Positions 11,597 through 24,350 of a DNA stretch of 64,000 nt are shown in pieces. The position numbers were made by a program, and so were the translations under genes. Source of the DNA: the human T2T-CHM13v2.0 reference genome, Homo sapiens; assembly GCF_009914755.1 (NCBI RefSeq), contig NC_060932.1. One strand, written 5' to 3'. The notes below the pieces were generated by a model. The model was not told where the DNA came from. It did not search any database and saw only the letters and a list, made by a program, of their open reading frames with translations. The stretch's first letter is position 1. Each line of letters begins with the position of its first letter.

Positions 11597-13943
11597 ACCA
11601 CAGTAAAGCCATTCATGGAAGATTAACTGCTAAGTGTGGGATTTTGATAACACTATTCAGTAGGTCACACAGTGGGGCCAGGATTGCTCTGGACTTTGCC
11701 ACTTGTTCGGGTTTAATTATAATGTGTTGCATTCACCCTCAAACGTGACCTGCTTTGGACAATAATTTATCTCTACTTATAGCTCAGCAACTGTGTTTTA
11801 CTCAAACTAAATATATTATTTACATCTTCTTCTGCATCTGTTGGCAATAGGCTTGGAAAAAAAAGATAACAAAGAAAATTTTAAGCAAACTCATAGACAA
11901 GATTAAGTGGTGTGAATCTATAGATTTCCATTAGTATTATGTCTGTCCAAGAGTAGAGTAGGAGCAAACCTGTATAAATTAAGTGGAGATATTATTTTAG
12001 GTTTTACACTTTTTGAAGCAGAATTAGCAGAGATGGAATATACCTGGCACCTCCCTGACGAGAAGATACATTGTGTCTACACAGCCTTATGTGAAAACCA
12101 TCATGTTTTATGAGATGTAAGAGGTGCAGTAAGGAATTATTTTTGGTAACATATGTTAATTTTTCCAAACACTTCATCACCGTACATTATTATGTTTAAA
12201 CAATACCACCCATATTCATACTCTGGCAAGTTTTCTAGAGTAGAAAGGCATGACCAAATGCACCCAGCTAGTACACACTTCCTGAATGCCTATAGAAGTG
12301 GCCATGTACCATATGGAAGACTTTTTTTAAACAAGTATTTGTGAATAATTACCTTAAAAATCAACTTTGCTCATTAAAAATGCACATTTTTTGCTTCTCT
12401 GTTAGCAGCACAGGTCTATAAAATTCTTTTTGGACTTGAAGCATGGTAGGCAGCAGACAATTTTATGTAAATGGCATGGTTGCCTAGGTCTTAGATTCTG
12501 TGAGGAGAGAGAATACATACTTTCAGTCTGATCCTTCAGGAGATGACCCAAACAGACAAGGAAACCAGTGTGTGTAGGTGCACCCACTCACTTCAAGGCC
12601 TTTGCAGAATGTCAATGAACAGCTCTGCTGCAGTTTCTGTGTGGTGAAGAGTCCATTTCAAATGATACCTACTTCAGAACAGATTGCCACTTACGAATTC
12701 CGAGTATTCGGTATCCAGTTATAAAACTAGATGACTGAAAGACCTCACGGTATGATTAGCCAATTTTCTTTCAATAGACATGAACTATGTGAATTTTCAT
12801 TTCTTCCTTAGCTTTTCATTAAAATGCACAAGTTAAACAGTGGTCCCATTTTAAACAAAACCTTCCGTGGCATATCTTCATCTCAAGTGAAGCTTAAAAA
12901 TTGAAATACGAAAGCTATGTTTGGGACCTTGCTTGCCAAACACTTTGGTCTCTGGTTTTCTAGTTCAAACAGATGGAGAAGACCCTGGCACACATTTGGC
13001 TTTTGATTATTTCAGCTCTGCTTGCATCAGTGTGTGATGGGGAAGGGCACGACTCACAGGGCAATAAATATGAGTCATTATACCCATTCTGGTCATATAA
13101 AAGTCAATGCCAGTCTGTATCCAGAGGGACAAATCGTGTGCCCCTAATTTCCTGTTACCCATATCACTATGTTATTGCTTTTGTCCTGACACAGTTATTC
13201 AGCTATTTCGACGGCTGGCAATGAGATAAGTTAGCTATGAAGTGAACATATTTAATTACTTTTCTTCTATCATTGGAAAAACTGATTTTCATCGGGGGAA
13301 ATTAGACTTTCAAGAGCAATAAATGAGGAAGGAAAGGACTGGCCTTTGTCGGAGTTTTCCCAAATAAACATGAAAAATTGTCCTGGCTGTTAGGTGAATT
13401 TTGAATATTAAATGAGTGGAAGTGAGATCATTATCTTTTAATAAAAGAAATTGGTATTTGTGTGTGTTTGACAGATGGTGTGTTGAATTGGCACCACCCA
13501 AGTGAGGCTGTCGTATACCTGGGTAGAGGAATGAACAATACATCGCAGGTTGTGACAGGCTTATTCCTACGCTTCATTTAATATGGAACCCGCAACACTG
13601 ATTTCAGTGCAAAGAACTCCCTTTCCTTGGTCTCTGGGAAGAAGTCACTGCAAAATCTATGTAATTTGCTCTTCATTTCTCATATCCCAATGAATTCTCA
13701 AATCAGTAATGTGTGATGATATGTCTAGATATCTTGTGCTGCCATATTGCCCATCTCAAAATGATTTGGCAAGCTGAGAAAACAATTAAACCAAATAGAT
13801 AAATCTATCATTGTAATGAAAAATATTAATTACAAGCAAATGAGAGCCAAATATATTTCAATCAGTGTTTGCCTTGCCATGTACTGAGATACGGATGACG
13901 AGAAATAGGTCGACTGTCTCTGCACTCCGTTTCTTCTGGGATG

Positions 13944-14000
13944 ACTCCCATGTTAATAACATACTCCCACGTTAATAACATATTTCCACATTAATAACAG
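13944..14000. repeat. 19-bp x3 minisatellite
   Basis: ACTCCCATGTTAATAACAT / ACTCCCACGTTAATAACAT / ATTTCCACATTAATAACAG. Confidence 0.92.
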
Positions 14001-15572
14001 TGTCCCTGTCATATCTCCCTCATGGATAAATTATCCAAACCTCTGCAAAGGGGTACAATCAAGACGTCTTCATAGCTAAGCTCAACTCGATGATGCCTGG
14101 TAATGGAGTATCTGGGAAATACTTTAAATCTTGTAAATGGATTTCTCCTGGACAAGAAATATATGTTCTGTGTTTTCGCCCTTTCTCTTTGCAGAACTGT
14201 GCTTCGGGTAGAGAAGGACTATGAAGGGAGTGGGTATAGCCTAACATTGTGACATATGTGTTTCCATTAACTCTGTTAGCTTCCTTCATCTCTCATTCAT
14301 TACTTCCTAGGGAGGAAAAGTTTCAAATTCTAATCAATGGCTTTAAAGAGAAGATCCTATCAAACATAGAAAATATTTTATTCTTCCCTTTGTCCTGAGA
14401 GTGAGCTGTCCCTGGAAAGCATGCGTTGTGCTGGGCTTCTTCTGGAGCTGCTGGAAGAAAGTGTAGAGTGGCGAATTCTGGTGCAGTGTTGGCTGCCTAG
14501 GTCTTGGTATATGGTATTAGGAAGCCTAGCTCAGCTCCCTGAGAACTTAAGCTCTATTCTTCAATATCTGCTTTATCATTAATTAAGGTGAAACTTTGGC
14601 TCTTACGTGCTTACACTTTTATTTGTGAATTGGTTTAGAAGTTGGATAGAAATTTGGGCTATTCTTTACTGGGTGTTAATGCTGAATAAAGACTATTCTG
14701 TACGCCCTGAATTATTTTCCTTTGGAGAGTAGACAAACCATGTAGTGTCCCTTGCTAGAATAATAGACACAGATCTCACAGTATTAGGCTGACTGGAGGC
14801 AAACTTGACTTGTCCTAAGTTGAAGTCTCTGAAAATCTATGTATAAATAGGCAGCTGCTTTTGCTGATTCCACCTGTGACTCAGCCCTCTACAGAGCAAA
14901 CAAATTAGTTTCCATAGACTCTAACCCCAGTTTTGAGTTGCCTTAGGGAAGAGAAGCCAATGGTTGGTCAAACATAGAAACCTCATTGGATAGGTCAGAT
15001 TTCAAGCAGGAAAAGATTTGCTTTACTTCCAAATGTCCAAGCCTATACTTTCTGCAGTATAATTTCAAGATAGGTAGCTATATTATCAGTGAAGAGTCTA
15101 TGAGGGGATCATCTTTTGCAAATTTACTACAATTTTATTCTATGCTACACCTACACAAAAACACCTCCACCTAGCTCTTCTGTTCCAGTCTCAACAAGTG
15201 ACATGCTGTTCCTTCAGAATCAACATTTATGAAACATATACCTAGTCATTGTCATGTAGTTATAAATTTGACATATATATGTCAAACATCATCTATTAAG
15301 TTCTGTTGAGTCTCTAGAAAAGAAGATACTCTTCCACAGAAATCAAATATTGGTGGCTTTGGACTCCTGTGATGTTTGGTGTTTTTTAGGTTCTGAAGCT
15401 CCATCCTTGTATCGCTTGAGTCACCACAATTCAAAATCGTTTTCCATTATCACTGACATGGCAGGTTACTTTCTGAATGGGAATAGCTTCAGGTTATAAA
15501 GGCTTTCAATTGAAAGTCAACCAAAACAGCCATATCCTTAGAAGAAATAGACTCCAAAGCTGTGGACTTAGA

Positions 15573-15945
15573 TCGATGGGTCTCATTGTGTCCCCCAAAA
15601 TTCATGTGTTGAAGCTTAATAGCCACTGTGATAGTACTAGCAGATGAAGCTTTTGGAGGTGATTATGTCATGAGCTGGAGCATGCATGAATGAGTTTACT
15701 GACCTTAAAAAGGAGGCTGAAGGGAATGAGCTAGATTCTTTGTACCCTTCCACTTTCTGCCCTGTGAGGACGCAGTATCAAAGTGTCATCTTAGAAGCAG
15801 AGACAAGGCCCTCACCAGACTCCAAATCTACTGGTGCCTTGATCTTGAACTTCCACCTTCCAGATCTGTGAGAAATAAACTTCTATTCTTTACAAATTAC
15901 CAAGTCTCAGGTATTTTGTTAGAGGAGCACAAATGGACTAAGATG
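15573..15945 (+). mobile_element. MaLR solo LTR (MSTC/MSTD-like)
   Basis: TGTGTCCCCCAAAATTCATGTGTTGAA...GCCCTCACCAGAC...TGTGAGAAATAAA...TGGACTAAGA. Confidence 0.85.
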
Positions 15946-16360
15946 CCTTCTTCTTGCATATGGAAAGTATACTAATTTTTAAAGAGGCTAGATTTCCATG
16001 AAGGCTGGAACAAAAATTCTAGTTTATAATACCTTCATGAGGGAATTTTGGTAAATTTTCATAAGGCTGAGGAAAGGTAATTTTCTACTTAAATATATCT
16101 TCATGTTAGTTCTTTAACATGGCCGTAAATTTCTGATAATCATAATAGCACTTACCTGCTTGACCTGCGCTCTGCTCCTTGTGATTTTGGTTTTAGTACA
16201 TTGGTAACAATATTGTGCACTGCAGCTTTATGTTGAAGTTTAGGTCACAAATTCAGTAAAATAGCTTTCAAACTGTAATCTACGTAAAAACTGGGGGCTT
16301 TCTAGTGCCTAATATCTGCTTAGACAGATACACAAAGAATCCTAGATTTGCAGTCAGTAG

Positions 16361-16705
16361 AGTATTACTCTGTTGTCACGCTGCTAATAAAGACATATAC
16401 AAGACTGGGTAATTCATAAAAGAGGTTTAACGGACTCACAGTTCCACATGGGTAGGGAGACCTCACAATCATGGCAGAAGGCAAAGGAGAAGCAAATGCA
16501 CATGGTGGCAGGCAAGAGAGCTTGTGCCGCAAAACTCTCTTTGATAAAGCCATCAGATCTTGTGAGACTTATTCAGTATCACAAGAACAGTATGGGGGAA
16601 ACCACCTCTATGATTCCATTATCTCCACCTGGCCCTGGCTTTGATGCATGATGATTATTACAATTCAAGGTGAGATCTGAGTGGGGACACAGCCAAACCG
16701 TATCA
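16361..16705 (-). mobile_element. MaLR solo LTR (THE1B-like)
   Basis: Antisense THE1 ending GGGGACACAGCCAAACCGTATCA; 5-bp TSD AGTAG at 16356-16360 and 16706-16710. Confidence 0.93.
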
Positions 16706-16889
16706 AGTAGTGATTTACAATAAACGTATTTGTTATTTTAATGTCTCCCGGAGTGTCGTGGGGAATCCAAAATGTGTGGTACAGAAGACGGTTTTCAAGA
16801 GCCTTTCTCTATACTCTCACTTCTTATTCTCTGATGTCTCATGTCTCCCCTAGGGCCTCTCGCATTTTCATCCCCAGATTGTCATTTAT

Positions 16890-17000
16890 GGTGATGATGA
16901 TCATCATGACAGTGAAAACAATGCAAATGTATAAGGAAATGAGATTTGTATGGTTAAGTGCTTTACATGCATTAAGTTATTTAATTCTCAACACAAATAG
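16890..17000 (-). mobile_element. MIR fragment
   Basis: TAAGTGCTTTACATGCATTAAGTTATTTAATTCTCA, typical of an antisense MIR 3' part. Confidence 0.6.
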
Positions 17001-17761
17001 GTTCTGACCCTGTTCCCGTCTTTCTTTCCCCTCTCTGCTGCTCTCCCAAGTCTCTCTCAAATTACAAATTTTAAATAGCCTGATTTGGCCTCTCTGGCTT
17101 TTTTTCATCCCTTCTCTTTTTAATTGTTTTTCATATTCTTTATCACAGGAGAGCAAAACAGAGCTTTTAAGAACTGAATTCTATAATAGAATAAAGTGAC
17201 TGAAGGGAAAGGTAAGGATTCACAGTGGATTGGGAGCTTGCAGACATTAGAAGATTTTGTCTCTTATAAACATAGGCTTTTAATAGTTGTGCTTTATCTG
17301 CCTAATGTACACAAAATTTGGTTGTACTTTTAAAATAAGTGTATCAATTTTCAATAAGTATATGCAGTCATAAGTGCTTTTAGATGTGATATAAAAATCA
17401 CTTATCAAATTAGTTTTTAAATATGTTGACATAATGAATGCTTAGGACTGAAACATCAGAAAATGTCATGATGACCTATGCAAAATATTGTATTTATGCA
17501 ATATACTTATTTGAAGTGGACATATACATGTGATATATAAATGTATTTACCAAACGATTTTCTGTTTCTTACTGATTTTTCATGTAAAATTTAATTGGCA
17601 TTCCTGAAAAAGACAAATGCATTTAATTGGGCGAATAAAATAGAAAGTACATTTTATTTATAACCTAAAGTAAATGTTAATGAAAAAGCTGCTGTTGTTT
17701 GGCACGTATACAATTTTGAGATTTTTAACTAGATCTTTAGTACAACATTGGTCAAGTTGTT

Positions 17762-18069
17762 ATTTATTTATTTATTTATTTATTTATTTTTTTAATTATA
17801 CTTTAAGTTTTAGGGTACATGTGCACATTGTGCGGGTTAGTTACGTATGTATACATGTGCCATGCTGGTGCACTGCACCCACTAACTTGTCATCTAGCGT
17901 TAGGTATATCTCCCAATGCTATCCCTCCCCCCTCCCCCCAACCCACAACAGGCCCCAGTGTGTGATGTTCCCCTTCCTGTGTCCATGTGATCTCATTGTT
18001 CAATTCCCACCTATGAGTGAGAATATGCGGTGTTTGGTTTTTTGTTCTTGCAATAGTTTACTGAGAATG
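17762..18069 (-). mobile_element. Young L1PA2/3 3' UTR, severely 5'-truncated, with (TTTA)n tail
   Basis: Near-consensus antisense 3' end. The L1Hs-Ta diagnostic site reads AAG (decayed GAG), not ACA. TSD AAGTTGTT at 17754-17761 and 18070-18077. Confidence 0.95.
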
Positions 18070-18279
18070 AAGTTGTTTTTGAAACCCAATGAATATTGAC
18101 TTTTAGTTTTGATGACAATATAGTGCTGAAATCCCAGAGACTCACAAGGGAATATAACAGAAGTTAAATTCTGGGCTTTCATTACTGACTTTGCTCTATA
18201 CTGTTAGGCTTGTGTCAGAGAAAACAAGGATTTTTCAGTACATCCAGAGTTGAATTTATGAGCTCACATTGACTTTGTC

Positions 18280-18750
18280 CTGCAATAAGTGAGATCATAT
18301 TTGGCCAGGTGTATGCCATCGATGGCTTCATCAGTCAGAAAGTGATTACATTTTCTGTTTCAACATTAAGGTTGTCTGAGATAATGTAACATTCTAAAGC
18401 ACTCTGCATTGTTTCCAAGGATTGGAAGATGTCTTCCAACAGCCTAGTTAATACTGTTTTGTACCTCTCAACCCTTTGAAGCTCTAGAAAGTTTTGCAGA
18501 TCTGTCTCCTCTAGTTTCTTCTTCCAAAATGGCAAATTTTCCACACTCACATTTTTTTGTGCAGCATAATTGGTGTCTTTCTGTGGCCTTGAACCAAGAG
18601 ATCCCCCCCACCACCACTTAGGAGGTCACATATATTCATCAGGTTTGATGAATCATTTGTAAGCCTTTCCCTGCAAAATTTTCCATCAGTCATCTTTTCT
18701 TTTGCAAGAAGAATAAGGTTTATTTTCAGATTTAGCAATGAGTGGCTCAA
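18280..18750 (-). mobile_element. Ancient hAT-like transposase remnant (C-terminal dimerisation-domain-like)
   Basis: Frameshift-joined translation FW.K..EETD...RYK.VLTRLL / PILGNNAEC / SDNLNVETEN / LTDEAIDGIHLAK resembles the hAT pattern Y..L.KL....L.L.HGNA..ER.FS.N...LTE.R..L.EE.I.GI. Confidence 0.5.
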
Positions 18751-18941
18751 AGAGTGTTGTCTGAAAAGTCAGTATTTTCTGTGCATTAGCAGAGAATGCT
18801 GTATTTAGCACATACTTTCTGAGAAAACCTCTGAAAATGATGGCAATCAAAGGTCAGTCAGATGAATTGAAAACTTGCCTGCCAGAAAAAATATATTTTG
18901 GGAATTTTTAAGAATTAAAACAAAATGTCAGTGCATACAGG

Positions 18942-18988
18942 TGTGGTGGTGTGGAACAGAACCCTCCAATATCTCTGAGGTATGCTTG
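18942..18988 (-). mobile_element. Tigger1 5' terminal fragment
   Basis: Reverse complement CAAGCATACCTCAGAGATATTGGAGGGTTCTGTTCCACACCACC resembles the Tigger1 start CAGGCATACCTCGGAGATATTGCGGGTTCGGTTCCAGACCACC. Confidence 0.75.
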
Positions 18989-21145
18989 GACTAAAATCCA
19001 GATTTTTTTTCTCTTCGCCTCTTGCTTAATACAATTTCACACTGCCCAGCTACAGATGTTCTAATTTTTCTGTCAGTGTCAAAACAATACTATATGAAAG
19101 TATATTCTAAGTCAATATTTGTATCTTAATTAAAAAAGAGGAACATAATATATCAAACCTTACCTTATTTTTACAACAACAAAACCCATAGGGAAAGAAG
19201 AACTGAAGATAATTTTTTTTTGGCAAAGTGTAAGAAGGCAGAACAGTCACTTAATGATAATTTTTGTACATTTCATGCACAAAGGTTTTAATTTTATAGT
19301 TCATACTCTGACAAAAAGCTCTTTAACTCAATAATGATTCTGTCTCCAAAAAGTCTGCCATCTCAGCAATAACTACTTTTTTAAAATAGTTATAACCTGT
19401 GCTCTAATACAGTTACTACTTAATAATGGCAGCATATGTATCAAACCAACAACCAGCAAAAGGAGAATGAAAATTATATGTTTCAAAAGAAATGTGTTTT
19501 GTTAATAAATTATGATTATAAAAAATTATAGTCAATAATTTTAATCAAAATCAGTTATGAAATGTGATGTTTTTTCCATCATAAATACAGAAAAGTGATG
19601 GTTTTGATATCCCAAACATAATACCTTGTACAAATGCTGCTTTGCAATTTCATTGTGACTTCTTCCTGCTTACTACTACTACTAATAGTAACATCTCCTG
19701 TTTGTTGAACACCTTCTAAATGCTAAGTACTGTGATTAATGCTTCAAGCTGCATTCTGTATCAGAACACTTGACTTTATCTGGCTATGCCTCAGTTACAT
19801 ATTCAAAATTGCCTTTTCATCATTCTCTCTAATCCTTCTTCTAGAACCTCTGTTAGCTGGATTTTAAAGTTCTGCCTCTGTCTTCTAAATCTTTTAATAT
19901 TTCTTTAATACTTCCCATAACCTGATGTACTGAATCCTGAGGATATTCCTTGACTTGATATTCTAACTAACTAATTCCCCCTTTAACCATATCTGTTTGG
20001 TTAATCTTCCCATCTATTGCATTTTTATAACATTTAAGTTTTTAATGTCCATTATCTCTAGATTTTTTGTCATATGCATACAAAATCCTGTCATATCTTT
20101 TAAATACAGGAATATCCACTAGTACCAATTCCTACTTGTTAAATTAACTCTATTTCTATATATATTTTTGACTTCTGTCTTTATCTTACATGATAGAAAG
20201 CAGATCTCGAGATCAACCAAAAATAGTCTTCATAGAGATGGAAGCAGGAGAGTCACATTAAGTAAATCACCATTAATTATAGATGTATAATGAAGTTATA
20301 AATGATGGAAAAGAGAATCAGAAATGAAAGAATGAGGAAGAAAGAGGATGAGGGTGAGAAGAAGAAATAATAATCTGTACTATAAATAAACTCAGTGATC
20401 TTTTGGAGCACAGGCAACCAGCCAGCAAGAGGCCCCTTATTATGTAATATTTCATAGGAGAGAAATATAATTGACTATATTTTGAGGGTTTTTTTTTTTC
20501 GTTTTTATTGTTGTTATAGCAGCTTAGTTTGGATTCTATCTAATTGAGTTATAGAGACAGGCTAGTGACCCAGATGGCTGAAAATGTCCAAGTCAAGAAA
20601 TATAATAAATATTCATGGTCAAAATTCTTCTCCTGGCCACACCTACCTTTAAGAAAATCTGGTAAATCTAATTTATAACTGGGAAGCCATTATAAACTTG
20701 ATACATTACTTTAGTAAAGGAAAATGATGAGAATAAAACATAGAAGACTATTAGCTCACTCTACTTTATTGATCCGTGTTCTCACTTATTCTGCTACCTG
20801 TAGCTGCTACCAGACCTATGCTGGGAACTGAAAAAAGATACTTAGTCTTTAGACTTGGCCACTTTTCAGTACACTCATGTTTTAGTTTTGGAGTGATCCT
20901 GTGCATACTCTTTCTTAACAGTCCACTCTTTTCATTTATTATTTTGATTTCTTTTAAAAAATTTTATGTATTTTGTCAATTCTTAAAAGTTTTGTTGGGA
21001 TATCAAGCCTATAACTTGCCCTCACTCCACATTTTTGAAGAGTTATTCAATATAATAAACTGTCTTTGAAAATATATTTATGATAGGTGGGCAGGTAACT
21101 AATACTTGTTAGTATCTACCTTGACTTAGTCACTCTACTCAGCTA

Positions 21146-21204
<59 letters not shown>
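21146..21204. repeat. Compound microsatellite (TC)n(TA)n(CA)n
   Basis: Direct reading. Confidence 0.97.
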
Positions 21205-21205
<1 letters not shown>

Positions 21206-21414
21206 TTATATATGCTTGTGGATATATATATAAAAAAATAAAAATGACCATATATTTATGTATAAATACATATGTAGTTACCATACATATTGAAAATGTA
21301 ATCATTACTACAACTATTTACAGTATTTTCATTCTCATTTCACAAATATATTCTTCTAAAAGGCAAACATTTATTATTTATTTTGAGGGGAACATAAAAC
21401 AAATTTCAATAAAT

Positions 21415-22315
21415 TTTACTTTTTATTTATATCTGTTTTATTTTAAGTTCAGGGGAGCATGTGAAGATTTGTTATATAGGTTAAACTTGTGTCATGAGGC
21501 TTTGTTGTACAGATTATTTCATTCAGTCAGGTATTAAGCCCTGTACTGATGAGTTATTTTTCACAATCCTCTCTTTCCTCCCACCCTCCAATCTCCTATA
21601 GGCCCCAGTGTGTGTTGCTACCCTCTATATGTCCATGTGTTCTCATCGTTTAGCTCCCACTTATAAGTGAGAACATATACTGTTTGATTTTCTGTTCCTG
21701 ATTTAGTTTGCTAAGGATAATGGCCTCCAGATCCATTTGTGTCCCTGCAAAAGACATAATCTCATTCTTTTTTATGGCTGCATAGTATTCCACAGTGCAC
21801 ATGTACACGTTTTCTTTATCCAGTCTATCATTGATAGGTATTTGGGTTTATTCCATGTCTTTGCTATTATGAATAGTGTTGTAATATACATGTGTGTGCA
21901 TATGTCTTTATAATAGAACAATTTACATTCGTTTGGGTATATGTTCAGTAATAGGATTGCAGGGTTGAATGTAATTTCTGTGTTTAGGAGTTTGAGGAAT
22001 TGCCACACTGTCTGCCACGACAGCTGAACTAATTTACAGTCCATCCAATGAGTATAAGCATTCATTTTCTCTACGACAATGCCAGCATCTGTTATTTCTT
22101 GTCATTTTAATAATAGCCATTGTGACTCATGTGAGATAGTATCTCATCGTGGTTTTGATTTGCATTTCTCTAATGATCAGTGTTGTTGAACTTTTTTCAT
22201 ATGATTGTTGGCCATATGTATGTCTTCTTTTGTAAAGTGTTTGCCCATTTTTTTATGGAGTGCTTTGTATTTTTCTACTTGTAAATTTAAGTTTCTTACA
22301 GATACTGAATATTTA
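21415..22315 (-). mobile_element. L1PA13-16-like 3' fragment
   Basis: Antisense 3' UTR; ORF 21772-22065 is decayed ORF2 Cys-rich C-terminus (HWMDCKLVQ...WQFLK...PAILLL). Confidence 0.92.
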
Positions 22316-22599
22316 GATCAAGATAAAGATTGATTAACCACCTGCTATATTCCAGGAACTATGCAATGAATAGGTATTACATACTAGTTGCCTGGATATA
22401 GGTAACATAAAATTTGCAGTGGTGAATCAGTTGAGATCTAGAAGAATAGACAAATGACTAAGGACTCACAGAAAGTAATGCAATCCTATATACAAAGCCA
22501 AGAAGTTTCCATCATGAAAGTAAGTGATATAGCTTTAATACTCCTTTCCTCGTTTTGGCTTTTCTCTACTTAATCGGCTTTTTGTCTCAGCGGCCAAAG

Positions 22600-22945
22600 A
22601 AATATCCCTAACATGTTTGCCTTGCCCAAGCACTTTTTGTTTTGTTACTATCATCTCATTTTTTCAGGTCTTAATTAATATACCAATGATGGCTTATTTT
22701 TCCCCTCAATATAAATTTAGCCAGTATTTACCCTTTGTAGTATCCTATATTTTGTTCTTTAGTAGTTAACATGTTTTTTTAATTATGCACCTGATTTATC
22801 GTGACTGACTTTGTTTTATCCTCCTGTAGAATTCCATGAAGACTAAAACAATATCTGTTAGTTTGTTATGTCTAATTCAGTGTATACCAAATGTCTAGTG
22901 GAGCATGTGGCTGTCATTTACCTGGAATGTGTTTGTTGAATAAAA
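22600..22945 (+). mobile_element. L2 3' fragment
   Basis: Decayed L2 3' end terminating TGTTTGTTGAATAAA. Confidence 0.5.
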
Positions 22946-24039
22946 GCGGATGTGGACATTTAATCACTGGTAGAGTGCATGACCAATGAAGTCAGATACA
23001 AGGGTTTCCCTGTCATGTCATGCACTGAACCTTTAATCTTGGCTGTTGAAATGGGTCGGGGGAGTTTGAGAGGTCCACAGAGACTGGCCAGTGCTGCTGA
23101 GGCAGCATGGATGTGGGGCTCAGGTGGCTAGTTATTTAACCAGTACAGAAGTGATTCCATATTTTTAACAACCAACAGAGCCACCACTACACAATCTGAG
23201 CATCAGCATAAAGAGGTGGATCAAACAGAGCTACATTTCATCTTAATTTCTTACTTCATAATTTATAACTCCAAAGCTCTTTAAAATTTGAACAGATTCA
23301 GTCATATGGTTTTATCTCATGCCATGCCCAAATAATCCTGATAACAATGTACAAGAATCAAATCCATTTGAATTGGGATTCAACTTTATAACTTCAAAGG
23401 TGATCTTAATTCCTTACCTACCTGCTGCTGATTTAATTCTAGTGAAGATATCATATGAATGCAAATAACTCACTGTTGTTTCAAAAAATAGTTGGTGTAA
23501 ATGTTTTATATTTTAAATTTCTCTATGGGGTAATTTTTTTCTGTTGTGTTGAACTATTTCAAAAGTTCATATCATTTTCAAAATATGATTCAAGTGAAAT
23601 TTGCTAAAACACTTTATGGTGATTGTAACCTCCTTCCTATGCAAGACACCAGCTGTGGCCTCACTTTTAGACTATTCATATAGCAAGCAAAGCCAAGAGT
23701 TATGTTTTGAGCTAAGAACCTAGACACACATCAAAATTAGAGAAGGTAGAATTCTAGAAAACTTTCATAGAATTAAAACTCTGCTACATATGTTTTTCCC
23801 AGAAGTTTTGGATTTTTTTAACATTTAATAATTTTAAATAAATTATTTAATCTGACCATTAAAGCTTTGAAAATTTTAAGTGCTGTTCATTTCTACACAG
23901 TTGCAACTTCTGTGTCATGGCATCTGCCTCTCTTTGAAATCTGATGAAAGAAATGGCTTTCTAGTGTGACCATACACCACTATCTTTTTGCAAATTTTTT
24001 TTAATCGTCATGAAAGTATCATGCAATCTTTGTGTATGT

Positions 24040-24350
24040 GTCCCCTACCTAATATGCTTTGCTTGGAATTTTTGTTCTTCAGGAACTTGTTTATATTTTT
24101 CTTGTTAAACATTTTTCTGATTCCCCAACACGGAATTAGTCATGCATCTTCAGAGCTCCAGCATTACTTTGAACAGATTTTTATTTTGGTATTTTGAAGA
24201 TGTATTGTTTGTATAAGGTATATTGCTTTATATTTGTTTCTTTTCTTCTAACACCATGAAATTCTTGAGGGTAAGGTCCACTGTTTTATCATCTACACAA
24301 TCTAATATAGTACCTAAAATTTAGTCTTAAGAAATTTTTAAAATAATGAA
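24040..24350 (+). mobile_element. L2 3' fragment
   Basis: CATGAAATTCTTGAGGGTAAGGTCCACTGTTTTAT...TAGTACCT, an L2-like 3' block. Confidence 0.5.

Noticed and set aside
13944-14000. CRISPR-like or other repeat-spacer array
   Set aside because: Head-to-tail units without spacers in primate DNA; no array or cas-like ORF anywhere in the window.
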